DNA of 64,000 nucleotides from Eledone cirrhosa (Eukaryota): NCBI GenBank assembly GCA_964016885.1, contig OZ024740.1, positions 21,700,001 to 21,764,000 of the forward strand, read 5' to 3'. Shown piece by piece: positions 63,190 to 64,000 of this stretch (position 1 is its first letter; each line of letters starts with the position of its first letter). The notes under the pieces were generated by a model. It saw only the letters and a program-made list of their open reading frames with translations, ran no database searches and was not told where the DNA came from. The position numbers and the translations under genes were made by a program.

Positions 63190-64000
63190 AACATCTACAC
63201 GAAGTGTATATAGTCAACATCTACACAAAGTGTATACAGTCAACATCTACACAAAGTGTATGGTCAACATCTACACAAAGTTTATAGTCAACATCTACAC
63301 AAAGTGTATAGTCAACATCTACACAAAGTGTATAGTCAACATCTACACAAAGTGTATACAGTCAACATCTACACACAGTGTATGCAGTTAAAATCTACAC
63401 AAAGTGTATACAGTCAACATCTAGACAAAGTGTATACAATCAACATCTACACAAAGTGTATACAGTCAACATCTAGACAAAGTGTATACAGTCAACATCT
63501 ACACAAAGTGTATACTGTCAACATCTACACTAAGTGTATAGTCAACATTGACACAAAGTGTATACAGTCAACATCTACACAAAGTATATACAGTCAACAT
63601 CTACACAAAGTATATACAGTCAACATCTACACAAAGTGTATACAGTCAACATCTACACAAAGTGTATACAGTCAACATCTACACAAAGTGTATACAGTCA
63701 ACATCTACACAAAGTGTATACAGTCAACATCTACACAAAGTGTATATAGTCAACATCTACACAAAGTGTATACAGTCAACATCTACACAAAGTGTATACA
63801 GTCAACATCTACACAAAGTGTATACAGTCAACATCTACACTAAGTGTACAGTAAACATCTACACAAAGTGTATAGTCAACATCTACACAAAGTGTATACA
63901 GTCAACATCTACACAAATTGTATAGTCAACATCTACACAAAGTGTATACAGTCAACATCTACACAAAGTGTATAAAGTCTACATCTACACAAAGTGTATA
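63190..64000. repeat. 26-bp (24-bp variant) satellite
   Basis: GTCAACATCTACACAAAGTGTATACA tandem running to the window edge. Confidence 0.95.

Overview
AT-rich, microsatellite-dense animal genomic DNA. An octopod cephalopod is inferred from the SINE repertoire and from a signal peptide resembling the Octopus salivary tachykinin precursor; the species cannot be determined from sequence. Two host loci are visible. (1) A head-to-head pair of very small TATA-driven secreted-peptide genes at about 3.8-6.1 kb, each with a signal peptide, a KR cleavage site and a predicted C-terminal His-Gly (His-amide); these are candidate salivary/venom peptides. (2) The 3' part of a minus-strand Disabled (Dab) adaptor gene: the PTB C-terminal helix exon at 62.9 kb, three further phase-0 exons, a 2.5-kb DPF/proline-rich exon and a probable terminal exon at 21.36 kb. 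The rest is mobile and repetitive DNA: a two-LTR CsRn1-type Gypsy element in a Dab intron, a decayed hAT element, Penelope-like elements with inverted ends and several minimal hammerhead ribozymes, RTE/CR1 LINE fragments, many tRNA-derived SINEs, MITEs, fold-back duplications and several satellites, including a ~9-kb compound satellite with a 200-N gap. All gene models were read by eye and lack transcript support.
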